Below, one piece after another: positions 11,413 through 22,025 of a stretch of 64,000 nt of DNA; the first letter of the stretch is position 1; every line of letters begins with the position of its first letter. The notes under the pieces were generated by a model. It did not search any database. It saw nothing but the letters and a program-made list of their open reading frames with translations, and was not told where the DNA came from. A program made the translations under genes and the position numbers. Source of the DNA: Lama glama (taxonomy: Eukaryota); contig CM052821.1 in NCBI GenBank assembly GCA_028534125.1, positions 46,314,001 through 46,378,000 on the forward strand, written 5' to 3'.

Positions 11413-11823
11413 CAGTGGTATATTTTGGTGGTATGACGATTAAGTTTTAACAGGATCTCTAGACAGAAAAGCCCTGATGTATACGTAGCGTTTGCCCATT
11501 TCCATGGTGTAAATACTCCCACCATGGCAGATTTCAAGCTACCAACATAGTGACTGCCAGAACTGGGAAACCACCTGCAGTAGCATGTCATCACACAGTG
11601 CTTCCTGCCCACAGCCACCACAGCAGATGGAAATAAACTTAAGAGCAGAGACAACAGCAAAATGATTAGGAGGTCATGAGCTTTGAGTATTACCTTTGCT
11701 TTCAAACTATTTAATGGTAAGTTTAGATAATTTGATTTTTAATACTGGCTGTGTTTAACAACCAGAGCTCTCCCATTTTTTGAAAGTTCAACAATAGGTT
11801 CTCACAATCCCAGGCTATCGCTG
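11413..11823 (-). mobile_element. hAT-Blackjack DNA transposon relic (MER63-like)
   Basis: gtagcgtttgcccatttccatggtgtaaatactcccaccatggcagatttcaagctaccaac and ggctgtgtttaacaacc are MER63 hallmarks; cagtgg...cgctg ends. Confidence 0.85.
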
Positions 11824-11971
11824 CATTTCTACACTATTTGTCCTTTACAACAAATGTGGATAAGGGCTGCTGTCAATAGCTTTTTTCATATGTAATTTTT
11901 AAAAGATGTCCTATCTTTTGCAGTCATCTAACAATGTTAGAACACCTGGCAAAGTCTATAATGGAGTTTTT

Positions 11972-12113
11972 TGTTTTTGTTTTGTTTTGTCTTTTTTTTT
12001 TGGTGGTGGTGGGGCGATGGAAGTAATTACGTTTATTTTTATTGGAGGTACTGGGGATTGAACCCAGGACCTTGTGTTGACCTATACCCTTGACCTATAC
12101 CTTCCCCTCCCCC
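11972..12113 (-). mobile_element. Camelid Vic-1-type SINE, rearranged
   Basis: ggaggtactggggattgaacccaggacc...ctataccttcccc; T-rich tail; TSD ataatggagttttt (from 11958) / ataatggaattttt (from 12114). Confidence 0.9.
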
Positions 12114-12602
12114 ATAATGGAATTTTTAAAGCAACTGGACCACTCTTTCTGAAGGGTCTACTGTGTGCCAACTTCTGCAAAAAGAGCTACAGTTTAACTG
12201 CAGGCACTTAATACACTTCTGTAAGGACTTTTTATGCATATACATTAAATGTGTACCTTACGATACCTCCACTTGTCCCCTGAAACACTCCGATCTAGGT
12301 ATCAAGCCTTGGGGTTTTTGAAACTGCTCACCAGCCTCTCAACATGAAGACAAAGTGAGCCCCATGGATGAAGGAGGGTGCCTGTCACAGGCCTCGGGGA
12401 GAAGAGGTTTCTGGCTGCAGGTACAATGAGGAATGGCTGGGAGGGGCAGTGGTAGCACGTCATTAACAAAGTGGCAGCAGCACTGATGGCACGTGTGCTC
12501 ACGTGTTACAAAGATGCTGCTGCCGACTATTTTGTTCCACTTTACAGTATCTGTACCTTTCCTCTTCTCAGCAAAATTGTGACATTTCAGGAAAGTCATT
12601 TA

Positions 12603-12938
12603 TGCCAGACTGGATGACTGTGTACCTGCAAAATTCCTATGTGGAGCCCCCAGTGTAATGGCATTGGGGGTGGGGCCTTTAGGAGGTACTTGGGTCATTC
12701 GGATGGAGCCCTCCTGAACGGGATCAGTGCCCTTATCAAAGAGACCCCACAGAGCTCCCCAGCCCCTTCCACCATGGGAGGACACAGCAAGAAAACTGCC
12801 ATCCACGAGCCAGAAATGAGCTCTCACCAGACCTCGACCTTGGACTTCAGTCCTTGGAAGTGTGAGGAATGCATTTCCGCAGTTTACAAGCCCCCAGCCT
12901 ATCGCATTCTGCCAGGGCAGCCTGGAAGGGCCACGACA
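12603..12938 (+). mobile_element. MaLR solo LTR (MLT1A-like)
   Basis: gtggggcctttaggaggt, ggagccctcctgaacgggatcagtgcccttat, gaccttggacttcag. Confidence 0.85.
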
Positions 12939-13994
12939 GCATCCTGACTCTCAGTTCACAGGAGAGGACGCCGGGGCTTGGACAGGTGGCTTGACCGCCT
13001 GAAGTGCAGGATGCACAGCCATCAGGGACAAACCCAGGGGGAGCGGCCAGTGTTCAGTTTTCCAGTCTGACAGATGCGGCCGCTCTAGTCCACCTGGACG
13101 GCTGCGGGGCAGGCCCAGCTCGGTGGGAAAGTTTTGCTTTTGCTTTCAGTTTCTTTTTGTTTCACTTTTCACCTGTCCAGCATGCAGAGGCCTTGTGATT
13201 TACTTAGCAAAGAGGGAGGACAATCGTGAGACTGCTGTCGGAACCACCCAGGAAACAGAACTGCTTATATGAAACACAGTTCACGTGAAAAGGTCTCAGA
13301 GGGAGGGGAGAAGCTGGGGGCAGTCTCCTTGCGCTTAGGGTCGGATTCTGGGAGCCTTAAATGAAATACACGTTCTCTCCCGTGAGACCGGGTCGGGGAA
13401 GAGGAAGCGAGGACGGGGGGCTCTTCTAGAACAGTGGCTTTGGCTCCGGAGGGCGGTGACCTTGCCATCTTTTCAGGATGCAGCTGGGAAAACTCCTGAG
13501 CAGCAGAGTTTAACTAGAGGCCGCCCACCAAGTCCAATGAGCAGGGGGAAACTCGCACTTGGCTGCCTCTTGAGGGTCCATCAGGCGACCCAGTGCCGCC
13601 GAGGGCAGTGCGGTGGGAGAGGTGCCCTGGGCCTGCTGATGGAGCTTTTGCATCGTGTTTGAACAGTGTGCGCCTCTTGGCTCAGGGACAAGACATGAAT
13701 GGAGACAGTAACAAGGGAAGAGGATGCTGGGTGAGGGTGGTTTCTCCCTGAGGCCAGGAGTGCAGCCATGCATTGTTTAACCCCCCGCTGCGGCTGGATA
13801 AAGCTGAACTGCCTCTCTGGCACCCAGACCTCAGGCCTGTCCAGCTCCCAGCCTCACTGCTTACCCGGCACGCACCTCCGCTCCATCTCTACGGCTGTGC
13901 TAGGAGTCTTAGCCACCATTTCCTGAGGGTTTCCTGGTTTCCAGGTGTTTCCATTTACTTAATCTTTCCAGAAATCCTGTGAGTCTGTATTGGC

Positions 13995-14160
13995 ACATCT
14001 ATGTTACAGATGAGGAAAGTCAGGTCAAAAAACCCCAAAAGAATAAACAAACAGAAGACCTAAAACAAAGATGAAGCGATCTGTCCAAGGCCACCCACTC
14101 TACTAGTCAGGATGGAGGCAGAGTTTAGGCACTTCAGCACGCCCTGTATCCCAGGCCTAG
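13995..14160 (-). mobile_element. MIR SINE
   Basis: ttacagatgaggaaagtcagg...tgtccaaggccaccc. Confidence 0.6.
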
Positions 14161-14654
14161 ACTCCACACGTGATTAAACTAAATGGACAAACTATCTGTT
14201 GTCTCTTGACCCTGCCAAGTATTTCCACACCTCCTGCTTTGTTGTCTTGAACATCCAACCCACCCTCCCCACCTGCAGCCCCCCTGGCTCTGACACCCTT
14301 CTCAGTGGTTCCAAGCAGGCCTCCACCCTAGCTCTCCTTTTGCAGACGTGCCCCTCCATCACAGCAGCTGGCCTCATTGCACATAATTGTCCTTAATCTC
14401 TGATCTTTGAGTCTACAGTGGACCCCCTGCAGGGGGCCGGGGCTGATGGTGGTGCCAGCAGAGACTGCATCTTATTTTTAATTTCTACTCATGGGGCAGG
14501 GCCCCATGGCAGGTGGCTGGTACCTGCTGAGGGCTTGGCCTGCTGAGTAGGCAACACTGTAAGACTTAGGAATACAGAATGTTTCCCACGAGCAGCTTCC
14601 CCCAGCTCTCTGCCACGCCCAGAAAGGCAGTGGTGCAGAAAGCTGGAACTCTCG

Positions 14655-15710
14655 TATTCATTCAACAATTATTTATTGAGAGCTTTGCAGGTTTATGGGG
14701 ACTTAGGAGTAAACAAAACAAGATCCTTGCCCTCAAGGAGACTGGTCTTGGTGGGGAAAGACAGAGAGGTGTGTTTCCTCTTGCTACCACAACAAACTAC
14801 CTTCGTAGCTCAAAACATATCAATTTATTATTTCACAGTTGTATAGGTCAGAAATCTAGGGGCCGGGCTGGGTTCTCTGCTTAGACTCTCACAAGGTCAA
14901 AATCAAGGTGTCAGCCAGCCTGGGTATTATCTGGAGGCTCTGGGTGAGAATCCAGTGCAAGCTCATCCGGTTGTTGGCAGAATTCAGTTCCTCGCGGCTG
15001 TAGGACTGAGCTCCCCACTTTCTTGCTGACTGTCAGCTGGGAGGCTTTACTGGCTCCTAAAGGCCACCTGCATTCCTCGTCACTCTGTCTTCTCCGTCTC
15101 CACACTAGTAACAGCACAGGGAGTCTTCCTCATGCTTCCAACTGACTTCCTTTCTGCCACAACCTGTTCTGCTTTCAGGTAGAGGAAAGTCTCTGCCTTT
15201 ACGGAGTCCTGTGATTAGACTGGGCCCATCGGATAATCCAGGATAATCTCCCTATTTTAGGGTCCATAATTACAGCTGCAAAGTTTCTTTTGCCACATAA
15301 CATAACATAATCTCAGGTTCCAGGGATTAAGGCCTGGACATCTTGGGCAGGAAGGGTGGGCATTCTGCCTACCAAATAGGCAGCAGGGGAATCAACAACA
15401 TTTTATTTAATTTTTACATTTGATATTTTTATTTGATTCATATGTTTTATGATGTTGATGGGAAGTGCCATGAAGAATAATAAATCAGAGGAGGGGGACT
15501 GAGGGTGCTACTTTGGATCAGACGGTCAGGGAAGCCCACTGTGAGGAGATGACACCTGAGCAGACTGGAGGAAGTAACAGGATTCGGAGTTGGAGCAGCT
15601 GGCAGAGGGCTGAAGCCTGGGGTGGGAATGCATTTGGGAATGTAACGGTCAGGAGGCGAGCACGGCTGAACAGGGGTGCCCAGGGAAGAGTAGGAGCCAC
15701 GAGGGACTAT
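14655..15710 (-). mobile_element. L2 LINE fragment interrupted by an MLT1 LTR
   Basis: attcattcaacaattatttattgag (L2 3' end, antisense); resumes after the LTR with ggtcagggaagcccactgtgaggagatgacacctgagcagactgg. Confidence 0.6.
14770..15376 (-). mobile_element. MaLR solo LTR (MLT1D/E-like)
   Basis: caaggtgtcagccagcctg, ttgttggcagaattcagttcctcgcggctgtaggactgag, ggataatccaggataatctccctatttt, cattctgcctacca. Confidence 0.9.
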
Positions 15711-16252
15711 GTGTCTGGAGAGTTTAGCCAAGACCAGCCCAGGAGGACTCTTTTCCCAGGATGCTGTGCTTTGCCTGGATGCACTCTGGGCTACAAGTGG
15801 CCTTTACAAACCCTAGAGCTGAGGCAGGGGAACAGGACCAGATGCAAGGCCCTAAAGCATGTTAATTGAGTCAGAGCATTCACAGGGCGTGCAGGGAAGA
15901 ATCTGATGGCGTTCTGACTCTGAACACTTGGAGAATCCAATATATGCGTACAGAGCGTCGGTGAGCGGTTAATCACCTGCGGCTTGGCGAAGGCCCGTTT
16001 GATGTCTCTGAGCAGGGGGTCGGGGGCATGACCATGTGAGAGGAACGCACACATCCAGGTCCACTCCTGCTCAGGGATCTCTGCACTTTCTCCCCTCTGC
16101 CTAGGATCCAACTGTTTTGGATCTCAGCCTGGCTGCCAACTCCCCTTCCATCAGCACTCAAGTGTTATTCTCTCGGAAAACCCTTCTGTAAAAAATGGCT
16201 CTTTCTAGAAGACTCCGATTCCCTGCCATGCTTCCCAGCCATCACATTTTGT

Positions 16253-16455
16253 CAGGGTTTCCCAGACTCAGAACTACTGACGTTTTGGGCTGGGAAGTTC
16301 TTCACTGTAGGAGACTCTCCTGCTCATTGCAGGATGGGTGGCAGCCTCCCTGGCTGCTACTCACTAAATGCCAGTAGCATCTCCCTGGTTATGATAACTA
16401 AAAATGTCTCCGGACACTGCCAGCGACCCCCGGGGCACCAAATCTGCCACCGCTG
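16253..16455 (+). mobile_element. hAT-Charlie MER20
   Basis: actactgacgttttgggctggga, cattgcaggatg, ctactcactaaatgccagtagca, aaaaatgtctccggacactgcca. Confidence 0.88.
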
Positions 16456-16489
16456 TTCTATTTTACTGTCTTCAAAACACCATCTTCCA

Positions 16490-16790
16490 AAATCATTCAT
16501 TTCATTCAACAACAAATACTTACTCATTGCCTAACATACGCCAGGCATGATTCTAGGTACAGGAGACAAAGCGGGAAAACTGACTGAAAGAATTATAACC
16601 CCTGAGGAATTTATCCTCATGGAAAGAAACAGAAAATTAAGAAGAAAATGGGCAAACTGATCTTAGGTCAGATGGCGATGATCTTAAGGTCGGATGGAGA
16701 AGAATGAGGCAGGGAAGGGGGCAGAGCGAGGCTGTACCTTGGAGACTGAGAGGCTCACAGGTTTAAACAGGTGAGTTCGAGGCACAGCAG
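16490..16790 (-). mobile_element. L2 LINE 3' end
   Basis: tcattcatttcattcaacaacaaatacttactcattgcctaacatacgccaggca. Confidence 0.7.
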
Positions 16791-17124
16791 GGAAGAAAGA
16801 ATGGCTGGAGCTGGGTGAATGCGGAAGCCCAGGAGGAGATGGTACCACAGGACACGGGGAAGATGGCTTCTCTCCCACAACAACAAGGACCTCCCATGAA
16901 CAGGGCTTCTTTTTGTCTTGGGCAGTGGCATTCCCAGGGCCTAGAAAGGTGCCTGGTGAATATGTGCCTAATGAATGGACAAGTGGATGGTGAGCTCTGG
17001 GGAGGGAGTGCTCAGCCCTGGGTGCCCTCACCGGACAAAAGACAGAGTTACTGTCAAAAACGCCAAACAGCCCCACCTGTCCGCCCTGCCTGTGAACCTC
17101 AAACATGAAAGGAAAGAGAAAGTA

Positions 17125-17315
17125 CTAACAGCTGACATGTGTTGATCTAGCCATTGTCCCAAGTACTTTTCAAATCTGATCTCATTTCTTACTCAAAGCA
17201 ACCCCTGTTAGAGGGAAACCCTTCTTGTCCTGATATGGTAACTAAAGAAAACACTGCTAGTTGCCCAGAATCATGGAGCCGGGGCTCGAACCCAGGATAG
17301 TTCACCTCCAGAACA
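17125..17315 (-). mobile_element. MIR SINE
   Basis: ccaagtactttt...atctcattt...ggagccggggctcgaacccagg. Confidence 0.55.
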
Positions 17316-17801
17316 TAAGTGATGCTGTCTGTTAACAGGAAAAATGAAACAGGAGCTCCCGGGGCACAGAGGGACCAACACTGTAAGAGGCTGAACTTCC
17401 TGTAGTCTCTTTTTCTACCTTTTAACAGATGACAACAGGCAACTGCTGTGGCATTTCCTGAGTGTGACTACACACCCACTCTTGTCCTACCACATTAAAT
17501 GTACTCTCTTACCTCGCTGACCTACAGCAATCCTCCGTGAGGTAGAAACCCCAGCCATCTCCATCCCATATATGAATAAACTGGGGCTCAGAGAATCAGA
17601 GAGGTGCAGGGAACCAGAAGAGAAGACTGGGAGGCACCGTTTGCTTTCTTTCCCTTAGATAGCTAAGGGGTCGTCAGGTGGATGAGGGAGCAGATTTATT
17701 CCATGTGAACCCACAAGGGCCAACAGAGACTCTGGTTCAGGATAGGAAGTGGAAAAGCTTTGGGTAAAATCACTGAACTTTAGAAAAAAGTTAAGTGGAG
17801 A

Positions 17802-18453
17802 TTCCTGAAAATTTGACTTACCCTATGACCTAGCAATATTTGGAGGAAACTCTAATTCGAAAAGATACATGCACCCCAGTATCCACAACAGCACTATGTT
17901 CAAGAGGCAAGACTATGGAAGCAACCTGAATGTCCATTGACAGATGACTGGATAAAGAAGTTGTGGTAAATACACACAGACACATACACAGAACGGAATA
18001 CTACTCAGCCCTAAAAAGAATGAAATAATGCCATTTGCAGCAACATGAATGGACCTGGAGATCATCATACTAAGTGATAAAAACCAGAAAGAGAAAAATA
18101 CCATATGATATCACTTATAAATGGAATCCAAAAGAGTGACACAAATGAACTTATTTATAAAACAAACAGACTCACAGACATAGAAAACAAACTTATGGTT
18201 ACCAGGGGGAAAAGGAGAGAGTGGAGGGATAAATTGGGTGTCTGAGATTTGCAGACACTAACTACTATATATAAAATAGATAAACAACAGGGTCCTACTG
18301 TATAACACAGGGAACTATATCCAATATCTTGTAATAACCTATAATGAAAAAGAATATGAAAAGGAATATATATATGTACATATAACTGAATCACTATGCC
18401 GCACACCAGAAATTAACACAACATTGTAAACTGATCATCCTTCAATTAAAATT
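17802..18453 (+). mobile_element. 5'-truncated L1 (young, artiodactyl/camelid-type 3' end)
   Basis: ORF2 end plus 3' UTR (aaagatacatgcacccc...ggacacaaatgaacttattt...cagggaactatatccaatatcttgtaataacc); 18-bp TSD aaaaaagttaagtggaga (17784-17801) / aaaaaagttaagcggaga (18454-18471). Confidence 0.95.
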
Positions 18454-19514
18454 AAAAAAGTTAAGCGGAGAGAAGTAGCTGGACGGGAGGACAGCTGAGT
18501 AGACTTCGGGCAGACTGAATCCTCTCCGGGAGCAGGGAGCACTCTCTTAGACACTGACCCCAAACTCCAGGGGGCTCTTGGGCACGTCATGGCTTTGCAT
18601 GTGAGTCAGCCTGCTGCTTTGGATTCATGACTCTCGGGGAGGACAGAACCCCTTCTCAGGACCGACCAGCACGATGAAGGGTATTCCTGCCCCTCGCATG
18701 GGGCCCCCTGGACATCCATGTTATACTTGTATATAATTGTTACAACTAGCTGAGCCTGGGAAAAATACTACTTACAAAACAAAGCGCTTTCTTTGGGGCA
18801 TGATTTAATAGACACTGAACTTGGAATACAAATCAAGAAGAGATGGTACTTCCTGCTAGAGGTGTTCACTAGTTTGGAAAACGTCTCACAGACAGCAAAC
18901 ACCGCTCATGGAATTTGTTCTGCCAGTCTCCCATCAGGACCGTCCTGCTTGGCAGCGGTCACACTGCAGACGGCTCTGTCCCAAACACAGGCACAGAAGC
19001 ACCCACCACTTCGTTCACTGCATTATGTCTTCAACTGCAGCCGAGAGTGAGCAATGACATGTTGTAGCCAATATATTTTCTAGTAAATTAATTTCCTTTT
19101 TTTTCCTTTATATCAGAGCAAAGGCACCTTATTGATTTTTTTTGAAATTACATTGGTAAACAGTGTCACACAGGTAATCTTTGAATTTTATTCTAGGATT
19201 ATAAGAAAGGCACTCAAAACATGTTAGCAAAAAATGGGGCAAGGCCACTGGCTGAATGAACAGAAGGCATTTTCATTATTTTTGCGGTTGACCTTAAGTT
19301 GAGAACTCAAATGAAGTCAAAGAAAATGACACAAAGATTGGCCTCCCTAAGATAAAACTCACCATAAAGTCTGTGTTTTTAGGCTCAATAAATCTATCAC
19401 AGGAGTGCTGAACGGGGAACCTTCAGCTGGACGGTCATGCAAAGAGTTTTCAGCTGAACTCAATTCAATTGGAGCTTGATGGGCAAATGAGCATGAAAGC
19501 CAGTACTAGGAGGC

Positions 19515-19650
19515 TAGCGTGCATCAGAACATGTAGGGAGCATGTTTAAAGTATGGTTACCTGGCCTCGTCTTTAAAGACTCAGATTCGGTCTCTCAGGG
19601 TTGGGGCCTGAAGCATGACATCTTCAACAGGCATTTTAAGTGATGCAGAA
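19515..19650 (+). mobile_element. hAT-Charlie MER5-like fragment
   Basis: gcatcagaac...gggagcatgtttaaa...cagattcgg...gggttggggcctga...ttcaacagg...aagtgatgc. Confidence 0.55.
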
Positions 19651-21839
19651 AAGTGGGCAGAAGTGTCCAGGTGGAGGAGTGAGACCCTTGTAGTTTGATA
19701 AGAGCCAGAGCGTGTCATTCAGGTTGGAAAGGTTTGGAGGGTTGCTGGCTGGTGACCGGCTTCAGATACACAACGACACGTAGGATGTTGATTAAGAAAG
19801 TGCAATGATATGGTGTGTACGTCCTTACAGTAGAAAAATGAACGAGAAGCTACGGTACAAAAGAGAGTAGACACTTCTGTTCAGTGTGGTGTCAGATGAA
19901 CTGTTCCTAGAGTAGCGAGCATCTTTCATAGGGATTATTCTACAAACTCTTTGTTTAAATATTTCTAAGCCAAGGGCTTGGGATACAGAGCTCAAAAAGT
20001 GATAACCCCCAACCCCAGAATTAATGTACGGGCAGTTCTTCCTAAACTTGTTTCCATAGTTCTAGGATCAAGTTAAGAGTGGGGAACGCTACCAGGTTTA
20101 ACAGCTTTACTTTTGGGCTTTCCAGGATCTCTAATACGCCAACACGCACTTTGAATCTCCAAGGGAGAGACGCAATATGCAGATTTCTCAACCTTTCCTG
20201 TCCCCAGTTTCTGATCACATATTCCCATCTCCTGCGATGTCCTCTAGAATTCATCCAGAAAATGCTGGTCCAGGGAGGGTGACTGCAGGGCTAATGTTCA
20301 ACTCCGCATCTCAACCATGCTAGAGGCTCAAGTTGTACTGAACTTATTTGTAGACATGCAAGTTCTCCTCTCCTAGACAATCATCTTCTTGAAGGAAGGT
20401 TCTTGGGATCACATTTTAAAAAATCATTTTTTTACCCCAAATAACAGGCAGTTGGTAGCATGTACTGAATGAACAAACTACATTTCAGTCTGGTTGATCC
20501 AGACGTTAATTCTTACAGGCGGAAATCATCCAGTCACAGTATGCCTTCAGAGCATGAAGAGATCTTAGTTCTTGGCCCAAGAGACAAGGAAGGCTCGGGG
20601 AAATGAAAACATTTGTCCAGGGTTGCAGAAGGCTGGGTGTCAGAGGCAGGGCCGAGGGCGGGCCTCCACCCCACACTTGGAGTTACCCCACTAAAGCTAT
20701 TTCCTTAACAGTTCTTCAGCAAGTTATCCAAAGTTGGCCCCTTTAATCCCCCTATAGAATTCGCCACAGTGTCTGACTTTACCATGAATTACCTTCCACT
20801 TACTTCTTCACGGCCCCGTTTGCTCAAACCTCAGAGGTGAGTCAGTCCTTGAATGTCCCAATTTTGTTGTTCTGCAGATAAGGATTCCTAGAGAAACTCT
20901 CCCTCCCTCCCTGGAGAGCCAGGTCTCCATCTGCCTGTTTCTGGCCTAATTTGGGGACTGAAAAGGAACAGGATGCATTTTCTTTTTAAATTGTTTCTTA
21001 AAACGCATCCTCTGGTTAATATCATGTCCTGAATACGTCTCAGGGAGGAGGCAGCCTCTCCTTGAGAAGCCCCCGGGATCCAGCACGAGCAAACCTCTCA
21101 TGAACTCGCCATCTTCCCCCTTCTGACCTGCCTTCCCGCACTCCTTCTCCTAACACCTGCTGCTGTCAGCGCTCCCACCCCCTTCTCTTCTGTGCTGCTG
21201 TTTGTTTTTAAGATATTCGCCGTCAGCATATGACCTGAAGTGGGTTGAATCTTTCTGAGACTATCATCATCTTGGTTTTGTTTGTTTATTTGTTTAAAGT
21301 CCTGCAGACAGCTGAGTGCTGCGTGAATGACAGCTGCTCGCACCAGGACACGATGCATTGACAGAATGGTCGGGAATGGACACCTCTCTGTGCAAGAATG
21401 TGGGAGTTACCCTTTATTTCACCTGAATGGAGATGGCAAGGACCCTGTTCTGGCATCTGCCAGGTGGTTCACAGCTGCTGTGGCTTACCAGCTCCCTTGA
21501 TACGGAATTAAGTTGTAAACCGCTCCAGGAAGACGGGAGCTGGATGAGTGGGCGAGGTGGGCAGATCTCTGATCTTTTAGGGCCCTGTGGGCTGTGTGCA
21601 AGCAGACTGGGAAAGAAAAACAAAGAGGAGCGGGAAACTGGCTGGCTCTTTGAAGGTGAATGTCTACCATCCAAGATAATTCTAGCAATTAACCAAGATG
21701 ATGCACCAGGAGGTACCTAGGAGGGTGCCTGGTGAATGCAGCTGAATCTGATAAATGGGGCTGAATCTGAACTACTTGAAAACTGGTTCTCAGCTAAGCT
21801 GTGGTTAGGAGGAGAAAGAAAAACAATAACCAAATTCCA

Positions 21840-22025
21840 AAAGCACTTGGGTTTACCAGTGCCCTGTAGCTACACCACCACGTGGGAGCCTGACTGCGGG
21901 CTCGGGGAGGACCACCATTCCCAGATTACAGATGAAGAACCCAGGGCTTGACACTTGAGAAGCTTCCCAGAGGCACAAGGCGGAAAAGCGACTGGCCATG
22001 AAGGCAGAGCCTCCAAATCAAACAT
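21840..22025 (-). mobile_element. MIR SINE
   Basis: cattcccagattacagatgaagaacccagggct. Confidence 0.55.

Noticed and set aside
14423-14436. Perfect palindrome ccccctgcaggggg resembling two overlapping CTCF cores
   Set aside because: The 3' flanks deviate from the CTCF consensus on both strands; weaker than the 42783 site and unsupported.
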